NCBI GenBank assembly: GCA_963555755.3
Contig: OY820905.2
Coordinates: forward strand, 3,520,001-3,584,000
From: Nitrospirales bacterium
Lineage (GTDB): Bacteria > Nitrospirota > Nitrospiria > Nitrospirales > UBA8639
Length of the DNA stretch: 64,000 bases
Direction of reading: 5' to 3'
Shown here: positions 1 to 9,294 of the stretch, piece after piece
How the letters are laid out: each line of letters starts with the position of its first letter
How positions within the stretch are numbered: position 1 is the stretch's first letter
Notes under the pieces: generated by a model
Seen by the model: the letters and a program-made list of their open reading frames with translations, nothing else
What the model was told of the DNA's origin: nothing
Databases searched by the model: none
Translations under genes and position numbers: made by a program

Positions 1-2924
1 TGAAGGATCGCGTGTTTTTGAACGATGGACGAGATGACACTCGGCATCGCTTCAATGATAGCCAGCAGCCGAACCGGTTCGTGGTAATGAACATCACCGT
101 TGTTGACGGTCTGTAGGGGAAAGCCCATTTGTAAATCGCTTTGGCTTCCCAACATCATCCCAACACCACCCACCACATTGTGCAGAACCTTACTCCCACT
201 GCCATAGACCCATGGGTCAACCGCCGAGAAATAATAGCCCAGATTAATCCACTCTCCGACAATCAAGGGCGCTGTCATAATTTTTTCGAGGATGGCGCCT
301 TGGGGATCGGCAATTGGATCATAGGAATGTAAAAAGACACGGCCGCCCAAATTCAAGCCTTTGGTCAGCTTTCGTCTTCCAATTAAAAAGGCGGCATTTC
401 CTGCCAGTCCCCATTCCGGACGAGGGTTGGCCCAATCGCAGCTACGTTCCTCCACATGAGCAAAGGCCTTTTCTGGAGAAATCTCTGTCGGAGCGTTTGG
501 GATGCGACGGCACCGTTCCAGAGCCTGATTGGCTCCGGCTTCTTCGAGATCCTTGCGCAACACCTGTAAATCCTCTCTATGAGTTTCGGGAAATACTTCC
601 AGGTCGTAAAACGTGACCCGATCAGTGGTGGTATTGTGCTTGCCCGGAAGAAACCAGGTGTCATCAGGAATGGGTAATCCCTTCTCTTTGAGGATGCGAC
701 GAACTTCCGGCTCGTTGGCCATTGCGGCAAAGACGCGTGCGTTCGGATCCCCTGGAGCTCCACCGCACGCGCCACAATCCAATGCTCCAAAATAGGGATT
801 GTTGTCGGTCTCACTGCCATGCCCACACAGGCAAACTAACCGACCATAATTTTGTGTGAGCCCCATCGCACGCAGTCCGTTTTCTATGAACGTGGCCCGT
901 TCCGTCAGAGAGAAACCCTGTGAGAGCCCAACAGGAATCCCTTCAGCATTCACATCTCCTACTTTTGGGTGTTGAGGATCGGATGGTGCTGACACCGAAA
1001 TCTGTGTCGGCACCGTATGGGTAAACCAACCCCCGATGGTCGATGTGATTGCGTGAAATGGTTTTTGGAGCAGCGTTTTGCCAACCAGACCTAAACTAAA
1101 AAAGACCCCCAGCACATCAATCACCATCATCGAGCCAATCGGGTTATGCTTTAGATCGTGGAACAGATGATGACCGAGCTGATGCCAGCGCGTGCCAGAA
1201 GAATATTTTTGCAATGCCCGTTCTTCTCCCAGCCGAGGCACTTCTGTGACCGCATGGTTGGGTGAAAGTAACACAGGGCATAAGGCTAAACGTTGGTCAC
1301 TATCAAAGGCTTGATGACTGATTGGAATGCCAAAAAATCCGGCGAACCCTAAGGTTTCATAGGGGCCTTGGGCTTCAATATGGCGGCGAAATGATTCGGA
1401 TCGCACATCAATACAAAACACGAGTTGCGCCCGCGGGCGCATTTCTAAGGCCGGAACAGTCCCTCGATGCGCAGAAATTTTTTGAAGGATCTCCCCGCGA
1501 AAACCCTCTTCATACGCCTCGAGCCACACTGGGCCATGGCGATCTGCGGGAAAACCTTCCAGCCAACTCAACAAGGTCTGGGCATCCGAGAAGGAGAGGT
1601 CGTGCAGCTCTATTGGAGACAGCTCAAGAAACTGTGCAAGGTGAAACAACCGCCAGGCATCCCGGCAAATAGCCTGTGTCCGGGGATCAACAGCATGAGC
1701 GCTTTCCCTCACTTGGTTCTCATATTCATCCGGTCGATCCTGCCAAAAGGCGATCAACGCGGAAGCGGTTCCATCAATCCCCCACTCTCGCTGACAGATG
1801 ATTTGGGCCAGTTCCAGTTCATAGAACAGGCGAACGGCTAGATACTGTGTGGTGTCAATGGGGTGCTTGTGTTGCGCATGATACGCTGGATTTTCCCCAA
1901 GCCATCGAATGTACCGCGTCCAACCCGGCAATAATGATAACTGCCTTGACAGATAATCTTTCCATTGTTCTTGTGGGATTCCAAGACGATGCAAACTGGC
2001 TACGACTGCATCTTCAGGTTCGTTTGGAAGATCGTGGATTTTTTGTGAGAAATCTTTTATCCCAAGAAATGTTCCTGAATGATCTTGTTGAACCAATTCT
2101 CGCCAAGCCTGATAAAAGCCTTCGTGTCGTAAGGGCATTTCCCATCCGGCTAACCCTTCATCAAGAAAGGCCGCCACCCATTTGATGAGTTGACCGTTGA
2201 TTGACTCGACCAATGTTGTTCCGGCCAACACATCCACCCAATCGCTGAGCGTTCGCTGAGCTGGAAGCGAAATATTCAATTGAGCGTGAGGGTCATCTGA
2301 AACGCCAGAGAGGGAACTCCTCGATGTTGGATCGCTGGAATGGGCATCAGATAGTTGCAGGACGGCCAAAGTGCTCTTCCACAAATTTGTGAGATAGGCC
2401 TCCTCAGGATAATCTCGACAATGCTCACATTCTCTGATCGTTCGTTCGATGATTCGTTGCCGAGATTCATCTGAAAGGTCTTGACGAAAACGCTTGGTGG
2501 CCCTACCCCCACTGAGTTCCCATTGCAGGAGGGTTGTCTCACAAGGTTCAAACCCATGGACGAGGTGCAATGCCCAAATATCAAGGGCCGTCACCCGGCG
2601 GCTTCCTATTTGGACAGAATCTTGTTTTTCTGGTCGAGGTCCAACTCTCGCGAAAGCACGCTTGAGGCTTTCGGGGGTAATGCGACCATCTCGATAGAAC
2701 TGCCGATACTCTTCATTTGGCAGATACCCATTTCCGCCTACCAGGCGTTTGCCTTTTCGAACCGCCTGGTCAAACGGAAGATATTCCAATCCATGAATAG
2801 GATTCTGGGCGACCATCGTTCTCATAGGCCAAAACGGAGCAATCGGTTCGCTCGCCTGTTCAACAGTCTGTCGTACCTGATCGCGCTCTTCTTGGGAAAT
2901 CGTATTTGTGGAAGTGATGCTCAT
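1..2924 (-). CDS. dabA: DUF2309/DabA (MpsB-like) inorganic carbon transporter subunit, beta-carbonic-anhydrase-like; 3' end beyond the window edge
   Basis: Manual minus-strand translation from ATG 2924: MSITSTNTISQEERDQVRQ...APFWPMRTMVAQNPIHGLEYLPF...QLVFCIDVRSESFRRHIE...LCGHGSETDNNPYFGALDCGACGG, the DUF2309 Zn-ligand motifs. Not in the ORF track because no stop lies in the window. Confidence 0.92.
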   Translation of the reverse strand, partial: MSITSTNTISQEERDQVRQTVEQASEPIAPFWPMRTMVAQNPIHGLEYLPFDQAVRKGKRLVGGNGYLPNEEYRQFYRDGRITPESLKRAFARVGPRPEKQDSVQIGSRRVTALDIWALHLVHGFEPCETTLLQWELSGGRATKRFRQDLSDESRQRIIERTIRECEHCRDYPEEAYLTNLWKSTLAVLQLSDAHSSDPTSRSSLSGVSDDPHAQLNISLPAQRTLSDWVDVLAGTTLVESINGQLIKWVAAFLDEGLAGWEMPLRHEGFYQAWRELVQQDHSGTFLGIKDFSQKIHDLPNEPEDAVVASLHRLGIPQEQWKDYLSRQLSLLPGWTRYIRWLGENPAYHAQHKHPIDTTQYLAVRLFYELELAQIICQREWGIDGTASALIAFWQDRPDEYENQVRESAHAVDPRTQAICRDAWRLFHLAQFLELSPIELHDLSFSDAQTLLSWLEGFPADRHGPVWLEAYEEGFRGEILQKISAHRGTVPALEMRPRAQLVFCIDVRSESFRRHIEAQGPYETLGFAGFFGIPISHQAFDSDQRLALCPVLLSPNHAVTEVPRLGEERALQKYSSGTRWHQLGHHLFHDLKHNPIGSMMVIDVLGVFFSLGLVGKTLLQKPFHAITSTIGGWFTHTVPTQISVSAPSDPQHPKVGDVNAEGIPVGLSQGFSLTERATFIENGLRAMGLTQNYGRLVCLCGHGSETDNNPYFGALDCGACGGAPGDPNARVFAAMANEPEVRRILKEKGLPIPDDTWFLPGKHNTTTDRVTFYDLEVFPETHREDLQVLRKDLEEAGANQALERCRRIPNAPTEISPEKAFAHVEERSCDWANPRPEWGLAGNAAFLIGRRKLTKGLNLGGRVFLHSYDPIADPQGAILEKIMTAPLIVGEWINLGYYFSAVDPWVYGSGSKVLHNVVGGVGMMLGSQSDLQMGFPLQTVNNGDVHYHEPVRLLAIIEAMPSVISSIVQKHAIL

Positions 2925-2956
2925 GAATCGTCGTGTACGGAACAATGATTGAACAT

Positions 2957-3006
2957 AAAAAAAGCCAACCGCTTTTACCTCCTGTTCAGAGGACCACGGT
3001 TGGCTT
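2957..3006 (-). terminator. Intrinsic terminator/attenuator in the dabA leader
   Basis: 10-bp stem AAGCCAACCG...CGGTTGGCTT merging into a 7-U run, about 30 nt before the dabA ATG. Confidence 0.75.
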
Positions 3007-3073
3007 GCACTGTGGCTGACCGTATTCACCTAGCGAGTCAACCACCCCACAGCCTATGTTGAAAGGTTAGGCT
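2957..3073 (-). ncRNA. Candidate cis-regulatory leader RNA upstream of dabA (two hairpins, a conserved linker and a terminator)
   Basis: Stems AGCCUA/UAGGCU, GUGGUUGAC/GUCAGCCAC and AAGCCAACCG/CGGUUGGCUU followed by a U run; shares ACAGUGCAAGCCA and CUUUnnACAUnGG with the sulP leader. Confidence 0.65.
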
Positions 3074-3226
3074 CAATCCTAGAATTCCTGCCACCCTCAG
3101 CTGAAACCCGTGAAGGAAGCAGGGGCCTATCCTTGACCTCTCAAAAATCAATAGCTTATATCATCTTTTTTAGCAAGGACTCTTGGTCGGAACAAGAGAT
3201 TTTTAGTCAGCAGGAGACTATTGCCC

Positions 3227-3628
3227 ATGGGTTATGGACAAAGCAAAGGCGAGGCGGAGACAGCCATCCGCAATGCCATCATTAAATTCGAACAAGAATT
3301 TATGGGACGCGGGCCAACGGACGTCAAAGCCTTCATCCTTCGTGACATGGTCTTGGTGAGACTGAAAGGGGTGTTAACTCCAGCGGAACGCCAACTTGCC
3401 AAGAATCCCGAAGGTGTTGAAATGGTCAAACAGATGCGACAAAACTTGATCTCACAAGGGCGAGAAAAACTCTGTAGCCAAATTTCCGCTATTACCGGGA
3501 CCGAGGTCACAGGATTATTTACCGATATCGAGACCCAAATCGGTGAACGCGTGATGGTCTTTACCCTCGAAAACGACCTTGACGCGACCTTCCGCGAGCC
3601 CTCAACTTTTTCAAAAACTTCACAGTAG
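3227..3628 (+). CDS. DUF2294 / MpsC-family protein
   Basis: KGEAETAIRNAIIKFEQEFMGRGPTDVKAFILRDMVLVRLKGVLTPAERQL is typical of DUF2294; CAGGAG RBS upstream; divergent from dabA. Confidence 0.85.
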   Translation: MGYGQSKGEAETAIRNAIIKFEQEFMGRGPTDVKAFILRDMVLVRLKGVLTPAERQLAKNPEGVEMVKQMRQNLISQGREKLCSQISAITGTEVTGLFTDIETQIGERVMVFTLENDLDATFREPSTFSKTSQ

Positions 3629-3790
3629 TTTGGAAAGAATATAGACAATTCGGTCCCGTGATCCTTCGGAGGAGGATTGGGGAAAAATAGGATTGTAAAC
3701 AATACCAGAGCGGTGACAAGAGGTTTGTCCCAGGGACGGGCGACCGGAAGCAGGCAAACGGCGAGAGGTGAGCGGAGAGAATCGATCTAT

Positions 3791-3946
3791 TTAGAAAATC
3801 TTAGCAAGCAACGCGCGGATTGGATTCACAGGCGCTTCAGAATGTGAAGGACTTTTGTTTTCGGAGGATGAAGCGTCCTTTTCGACTTTCTTCGTGACCT
3901 TTTGATCACGATGAAGACTTCTGTACAAGAGATCAAAATCACTCAT
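3791..3946 (-). CDS. Small 51-aa hypothetical protein (MSDFDLLYRSLHRDQKVTKK...NPIRALLAKIF)
   Basis: GGAGG RBS before the ATG and a sigma54 promoter just upstream; below the ORF-track size cutoff. Confidence 0.6.
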   Translation of the reverse strand: MSDFDLLYRSLHRDQKVTKKVEKDASSSENKSPSHSEAPVNPIRALLAKIF

Positions 3947-3984
3947 GATATTCCCTCCAGGTAATTATCAATTACCTATAACAA

Positions 3985-4001
3985 AGCAAAGATGATGCCA
4001 A
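3985..4001 (-). promoter_or_regulatory. sigma54 -24/-12 promoter
   Basis: Minus strand TTGGCATCATCTTTGCT fits TGGCA-N6-TTGC with GG-N10-GC spacing. Confidence 0.7.
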
Positions 4002-4087
4002 ATCCCACAAAGATAATTTTTCAGAAAATTGATAAAAAACAATAACTTATGAATGCAAAATGGCTTATTGAATAACAACAATTCATC

Positions 4088-4129
4088 AATGAGCAAAGAC
4101 GCACAGGTTCGAATGAGCGAATTCGCACA
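4088..4129. promoter_or_regulatory. Putative tandem enhancer (bEBP UAS) sites
   Basis: AATGAGCAAAGACGCACA and AATGAGCGAATTCGCACA: imperfect palindromes repeated at 24-bp spacing, about 90-130 bp upstream of the sigma54 promoter. Confidence 0.45.
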
Positions 4130-4297
4130 CAAATGTTGAAATCTGATCTAGAGAGGAGGGTGAAGAAGTACACTAGAAGGCCAGGCGTGGCGATGCGCCG
4201 TCAAGAGAAAGAAGAGTGGAAAAGTGTATAAACCTGCATTTCATCTTTCCGGCACTGTCAGGTAAAAGAAAGTCCTATGAAGAGAAATCCTCCTTTC

Positions 4298-4390
4298 GTC
4301 ATCCTCGCAATTTTTAAGCGGGGATCCATCTGCTTTTTTTCCTGGCAGAAACAGCAAGATGGATTCCCGCTAACGACCGGCGGGAATGAC
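4298..4390. repeat. REP/RPE-like palindromic element
   Basis: GTCATCCTCGC...GCGGGGATCCA...TGGATTCCCGC...GCGGGAATGAC nested inverted repeats. Confidence 0.6.
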
Positions 4391-4417
4391 GGGGCAAGAG
4401 TAAAGTTACCTCTTTCT

Positions 4418-6082
4418 TTATGAATCGTGAAGGTCCTTTTGCCAGAGTTTTGGCTTCTTATGAGCAGCGACGATAGAATCAGCAATGGGTTGATGCTCTG
4501 CTAACCCCCGAACCAATAATTCACAATCTTTTTCCTCGAATTCTATAATCCATTCATAGAGCTTGGACATCACGGTGTGATCGACTAATCGAGTGTCGGC
4601 GAAATTCAGCCTGACGTTTTTTCCTTCTTCCAGGTAGCGATGAAGATACTTGCGCAACGGGATCCAGGTGCTAAAAACAGCTGAATCTTTCACATAGATG
4701 GTCACGGTGTTGTCATCTGATTCGACAACCTCAACGTTCAATTTGAAAAACGAGGAAACCGGGGCTCCATTGATGAGATGAATAACCACTTTCACTCCGA
4801 TCCCAATAGCAATGCCTTTCAGAAGATCAGTTGCGAGGACTCCCACGATCGTAGACATAAAAACAATGAACTGGTCTTTTCCCAAATGATACATGTGGAC
4901 AAATTCTTGGGGTGACGCCAATCGAAAACCCGTAAAGACTAACAATGCGCCCAAAGCCGCCAACGGGATTTGATTGATCAGCCCGGGGATTAAAGCCACA
5001 AACACCAATAGAAAAAGCCCATGATACATATTGGCAAACCGCGTCCTCGCTCCATTGTCGATATTCGCCTTACTTCGAATAATCTCTGAAATCATCGGCA
5101 ATCCACCAACCAAGGCCGCCAGCGTATTGCCGACACCCACCGCAAGCAAATCTTGATCCATATTTGTCTTTCGTCCCCAGGGATCAATACCATCAATCGC
5201 CTTCGCACTGAGCAACGACTCCAGGCTCCCGATTAACGCAAACATGATCACGTACTTTATGCCGATCGAAGTCGTGAGCCCCGAAAAATCGGGAAGGGTC
5301 AGAGCACTGAACATGTTTTTCGGAACATTCACCAAGAACTGTGTTCCTAAGACATATGTCTGATCATGAAAGGCATACGTTCCTTCCTGTCCTACACCCA
5401 AAAATAGCCCCAGAGGAACGGCGACGAACAACACGATCATCGGCGCCGGCACGATTTTCAATTTTTGATTTTTGATGAAGGTATACCCAAACATGATCAG
5501 TATGCTCACAATTCCAATTAAGCCAATTTTTGGATTCATCTCCATCACAAATGTTGGGAAGTTGGCTAAGAGGTCTAATGGTGTCCCTTCAGAACTAAGC
5601 CCCATCATGATCGGAAACTGCTTGGCGATAATGATGACCCCAATGGCTGCCAACAATCCATGAATCGCCGTCGTTGGGAAAAACTCTCCCAGGATCCCTG
5701 CCCGGAACACCCCAAGGAAAATTTGAAGAACACCAGCGGCGACCCCAACGCCCAGAGCCAACCGGTACGCTTGGTAATCCGCTGCCGGATCCTTTCCTCC
5801 TGTAAAACCAAATTCAGTGACGCAGCCAATCGCGATGACAATGAGCCCCGCAGCTGGGCCTTTAATCGTGAGTTCGGAATTACTGAAGAACGTGGCTAAG
5901 AGACCACCGATGATGGCAGTAAAAATTCCAGAAATGGCTGGATACCCACAGGCTAAAGAAATGCCGAGGCACAGGGGAAGGGCAATGAGAAACACCAGAA
6001 ACCCAGACAGAAGATCTTCCGGGAAATGCGCTCGCAGCCCTGCGAGATTTCCTTTTGGTATGGATGCAGTGTTTGATTGCAT
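4418..6082 (-). CDS. SulP/SLC26-family anion transporter (probable bicarbonate transporter, BicA-like) with a C-terminal STAS-like region
   Basis: DLLSGFLVFLIALPLCLGISLACG, GPAAGL, GGLPMISEIIRSKANI motifs; likely start MQSNTAS at 6082. Confidence 0.9.
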   Translation of the reverse strand: MQSNTASIPKGNLAGLRAHFPEDLLSGFLVFLIALPLCLGISLACGYPAISGIFTAIIGGLLATFFSNSELTIKGPAAGLIVIAIGCVTEFGFTGGKDPAADYQAYRLALGVGVAAGVLQIFLGVFRAGILGEFFPTTAIHGLLAAIGVIIIAKQFPIMMGLSSEGTPLDLLANFPTFVMEMNPKIGLIGIVSILIMFGYTFIKNQKLKIVPAPMIVLFVAVPLGLFLGVGQEGTYAFHDQTYVLGTQFLVNVPKNMFSALTLPDFSGLTTSIGIKYVIMFALIGSLESLLSAKAIDGIDPWGRKTNMDQDLLAVGVGNTLAALVGGLPMISEIIRSKANIDNGARTRFANMYHGLFLLVFVALIPGLINQIPLAALGALLVFTGFRLASPQEFVHMYHLGKDQFIVFMSTIVGVLATDLLKGIAIGIGVKVVIHLINGAPVSSFFKLNVEVVESDDNTVTIYVKDSAVFSTWIPLRKYLHRYLEEGKNVRLNFADTRLVDHTVMSKLYEWIIEFEEKDCELLVRGLAEHQPIADSIVAAHKKPKLWQKDLHDS

Positions 6083-6119
6083 TAAAATGGACTTTCTTAA
6101 TCCCTCAACACACTGGCAC

Positions 6120-6233
6120 AAAAAACCAGTCAGAATTCAGGGAGACCCTCCACGAATCCTCAACTGGCTTGCACTGTACCTGGGCTTAAACATCTGAAAC
6201 CCAGCTACCCTACCTACCGATGTATAAAGTGGG
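6120..6233 (-). ncRNA. Candidate cis-regulatory leader RNA upstream of sulP (second copy of the motif)
   Basis: GUAGCUGGGUUU/AAGCCCAGGUAC stem, ACAGUGCAAGCCA linker, then terminator AAGCCAGUU..AGGAUUC/GAAUUCU..GACUGGUUUUUU. Confidence 0.65.
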
Positions 6234-6351
6234 ACCACAACCATGACATCCCACCATTTGCCTGTCTTCTGTTCAAAAGAATTTTAGCTTGAGCACCCAA
6301 ATGGAGCAACTAGTTTTTTTTGTTGGGGGATCGAGTAAAAGGCATCACAGA

Positions 6352-6463
6352 AAACTCGAAATCCGAATATCGAAATTCGAAACAAATCAGAAATCCTAAA
6401 TTCGAACTTTTCAATTGGGATATTCCCATGTGTTTCGGATTTCGATATTCGTGCTTCGGATTT
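6352..6463. repeat. Heptamer-based palindromic repeat (CGAAATC/GATTTCG type)
   Basis: AAATCCGAATATCGAAATTCGAAAC ... GTTTCGGATTTCGATATTCGTGCTTCGGATTT; related copy at 37567-37758. Confidence 0.65.
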
Positions 6464-6615
6464 ACGCTCTTATTCTTCCTCCATCAACAAAGAGAACGCA
6501 AATATTTTGAAAAAGCTATAAATAGCCGACAGCACAATTGAGGAAATCAGGGATGGCTTGCCTAAGTATATCGAACCATGCGCAATGAGGGGTTCACAAA
6601 AGGTCGGACGACGAA

Positions 6616-7230
6616 TCACTCCAGCGGGACTTCAAGGACGAGTCCGCCCATCACATCATTCAATTTGAAATCACGTTTGGTAGATTCGGTATGCGCATTA
6701 TGGCAAGAGACGCAGGCACGGCTGACAGCGCGATCTGGGTAGATCGCTTTAAAATACGGTTTGTTGTTGACCATAATCTCTTCCTCAACCACTTCCCCAA
6801 ATTTCACGACCTGGTCTAACATCTCACGCTCATGGTCCGAGGCCGGAGTATTTCGTGAATTGAGGGGCCAAGGACTGATCAGGCGATAGCGAAAGGGCGC
6901 ATCCCGGACATGAAGACTGCGAGAGGCCTCGCGCAAAAACTGAACGGGCAGAGGCAGGGTCTTTTCTTTCACCCAATTTTCAGAGGCCGTCACAATAAGC
7001 ATGGCTTCCATCCGCTCAACAATATGTTGCGTATAAAATGTCCGATCCGCTTCAATAACGGCATGAAGATAATCTGCTGCCGTACGAGCAGGAATAAAGT
7101 TAGCTGGAGGGATCTGAGATCGGATGCCCCATCCTAAACCCATTCCCACTATTAGCATGAGAACCGAGAGGCCTATCAGTCGGACATTCATGCTTATTCC
7201 ATCACCTTTCTTCTCATCTACTGGAATCAT
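6616..7230 (-). CDS. DUF3365/Tll0287-like c-type heme protein with N-terminal membrane anchor
   Basis: CVSCH heme motif, LPLPVQFL, DFKLNDVMGGLVL. Confidence 0.8.
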   Translation of the reverse strand: MIPVDEKKGDGISMNVRLIGLSVLMLIVGMGLGWGIRSQIPPANFIPARTAADYLHAVIEADRTFYTQHIVERMEAMLIVTASENWVKEKTLPLPVQFLREASRSLHVRDAPFRYRLISPWPLNSRNTPASDHEREMLDQVVKFGEVVEEEIMVNNKPYFKAIYPDRAVSRACVSCHNAHTESTKRDFKLNDVMGGLVLEVPLE

Positions 7231-7364
7231 ACGAAACGGATTTTACTAAAAGACTGAATCAAGGGCCTATCATACCTGAACACAATCTTCCCCACCAGAG
7301 GAAACGGGAGCGGTTGTGTTTGACACTCAGGGAGGGCAACCTTAGGATACGGTCCAGGCTAACC

Positions 7365-9293
7365 ATGCGTATTTTTAAACGATTTAACAACCTTCCGATC
7401 GAGAAAAAACTTCTCCTTGTCTTGGTGATTCCCATTCTCGGTTTGGGAGTGCTCAGCTTCGTCACCTATAATAGCGTTCAAACCTTCTCCCAAGATGAAG
7501 ACCGTCTAAACAGGGTGTACCACGTGCAAACCACCGCTGCCGAATACATGCGACTGATTGTCGATATAGAAACAGGTTTTCGTGGGTTTGTGGTGACCCT
7601 TCAGCCGAAGTTCTTGAAACCCTACCACGCCGCCAAGCAACGAGTGTTGCAGGTGGGGCAGGCTCTTGCGTACATGGTGGAGAGCAATCCGGAACAACAT
7701 ACTGAAATTCTCAAAACCCAATCGTTAGTTCAAACATTAATGAAAGACAAAGATCGATTGATTGCACGTGCCACGGAAGGCCATCCCGATGAAGCGCTCC
7801 ACTACATTGAGTCGGGAGAAGGGTGGCAACTGATGTTAACCATTCGCGAGGAACTCTCCAAATTCAATCGTCGCGAGGGCGAAGTCCTCAGGGAAACCTT
7901 AGGGCGAACCGCACAAGATCGTTCATTTCTTTTGAGTGTGATTCTTGGCGGCGGTTCACTGGCACTCATCCCCATGGTGATTGCGTTACGGGTGTTAGCC
8001 CAGTCTATTACGGGCCCCTTAGTCACCCTGGCCAAGACAGTCGAAAACCGACCCGGTGGGATCGTCCCCGAGGTCACAGTCTTAGACCGAGGAGATGAAA
8101 TCGGCGACTTAACACGCGTCATGCATGAGATGAGTCGACAAATTCATGAGTACATTACCCAAGTTCAAAAATCCGAAGCTGAACTCAGAACATTAAACCT
8201 TGACCTGTCGACTTCAGAGTCCAAATACCGAGGCATTGTTGACCATGCCCCCTTTGGAATTTTCACGGCGAAACAAGGACGAATTATTTTTAGCAACCGA
8301 CACAATTGGATACTCGCCGGACGCAATCCCGAAGACGCGAGCAACCCCGAAGAAATCTGGGACGCGATCCACCCGGATGACCGAGAACGCGTGTCTCAAA
8401 CATTTTCTGACGCATTGGACCAACATGTGCTCTTTGAGAGCGTCTTTCGATTTCTCCACCCAGACGGCACCATTCTCAAAATCTTAAGTCGGGCTATTCC
8501 CATTCAGGATGCAGAGGGTCAAGAAATTTTGTATCAAGGTTTCAATGTTGACATTACCACGTTAGAGCAAATGCGAGAACAACTCAATCGCACCGAACAC
8601 CTGGCCACCTTGGGCCAGGTCGCGGCAGGCATTGCCCACGAAATCCGAAATCCCTTGGTCGGCATTGGCTCCACCACGTCATTATTAATGGAGGACTTTT
8701 CTCCAGGAGATGCCCAACACGAAGACCTGTTGACCATTCTTAAAGAAACCCGACGACTTGATCGCATTGTGAATCAAATCGTGGAATATGCCAGACCACA
8801 GAAATTGGTCCTGTCCTCCTTTCACATGAAATCGTTGATTGAAGAAACGTTGGAACTGGTCCAAACTCCTATTGCACAGAAGGGAATTCACGCCGCATTG
8901 GACTGTGCACCCGACCTTCCATTGATTCAGGCAGATCGTGACCAAATTAAACAGATTGTGCTCAATGCCCTTCATAATGCCATTGATGCCCTCAAACCCG
9001 AAGGAGAGCTCTCCATCGACATACAAGAAAAAACTCAAGATGGGGGACAAGGCGTGGTGGCGCATATCCAAGATAATGGCAAAGGCATTTCACCGGAAGA
9101 CCTTTCAAAAATTTTCGATCCATTTTTTACCTCTGGAAAAGAACGAGGCACAGGCCTTGGACTGGCCATCTGTCGGAATATCATTGACGCCCATGGAGGA
9201 ACCCTCAATGCCACCAGTCAAGTGGGAATCGGGACGGTATTCTCCGTGTGGTTACCCTTTACCTTACAAAACCAATCTGCCATGGTGACCTAA
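7365..9293 (+). CDS. Sensor histidine kinase (CHASE3-HAMP-PAS-HisKA-HATPase)
   Basis: DIETGFRGF (CHASE3), DEIGDL (HAMP), IHPDDRERV (PAS), AHEIRNPL, DNGKG, GTGLGL. Confidence 0.92.
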   Translation: MRIFKRFNNLPIEKKLLLVLVIPILGLGVLSFVTYNSVQTFSQDEDRLNRVYHVQTTAAEYMRLIVDIETGFRGFVVTLQPKFLKPYHAAKQRVLQVGQALAYMVESNPEQHTEILKTQSLVQTLMKDKDRLIARATEGHPDEALHYIESGEGWQLMLTIREELSKFNRREGEVLRETLGRTAQDRSFLLSVILGGGSLALIPMVIALRVLAQSITGPLVTLAKTVENRPGGIVPEVTVLDRGDEIGDLTRVMHEMSRQIHEYITQVQKSEAELRTLNLDLSTSESKYRGIVDHAPFGIFTAKQGRIIFSNRHNWILAGRNPEDASNPEEIWDAIHPDDRERVSQTFSDALDQHVLFESVFRFLHPDGTILKILSRAIPIQDAEGQEILYQGFNVDITTLEQMREQLNRTEHLATLGQVAAGIAHEIRNPLVGIGSTTSLLMEDFSPGDAQHEDLLTILKETRRLDRIVNQIVEYARPQKLVLSSFHMKSLIEETLELVQTPIAQKGIHAALDCAPDLPLIQADRDQIKQIVLNALHNAIDALKPEGELSIDIQEKTQDGGQGVVAHIQDNGKGISPEDLSKIFDPFFTSGKERGTGLGLAICRNIIDAHGGTLNATSQVGIGTVFSVWLPFTLQNQSAMVT

Positions 9294-9294
9294 C

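Noticed and set aside
141..2948. Short ORFs listed in the first 3 kb
   Set aside because: They are shadows of the long minus-strand dabA frame.
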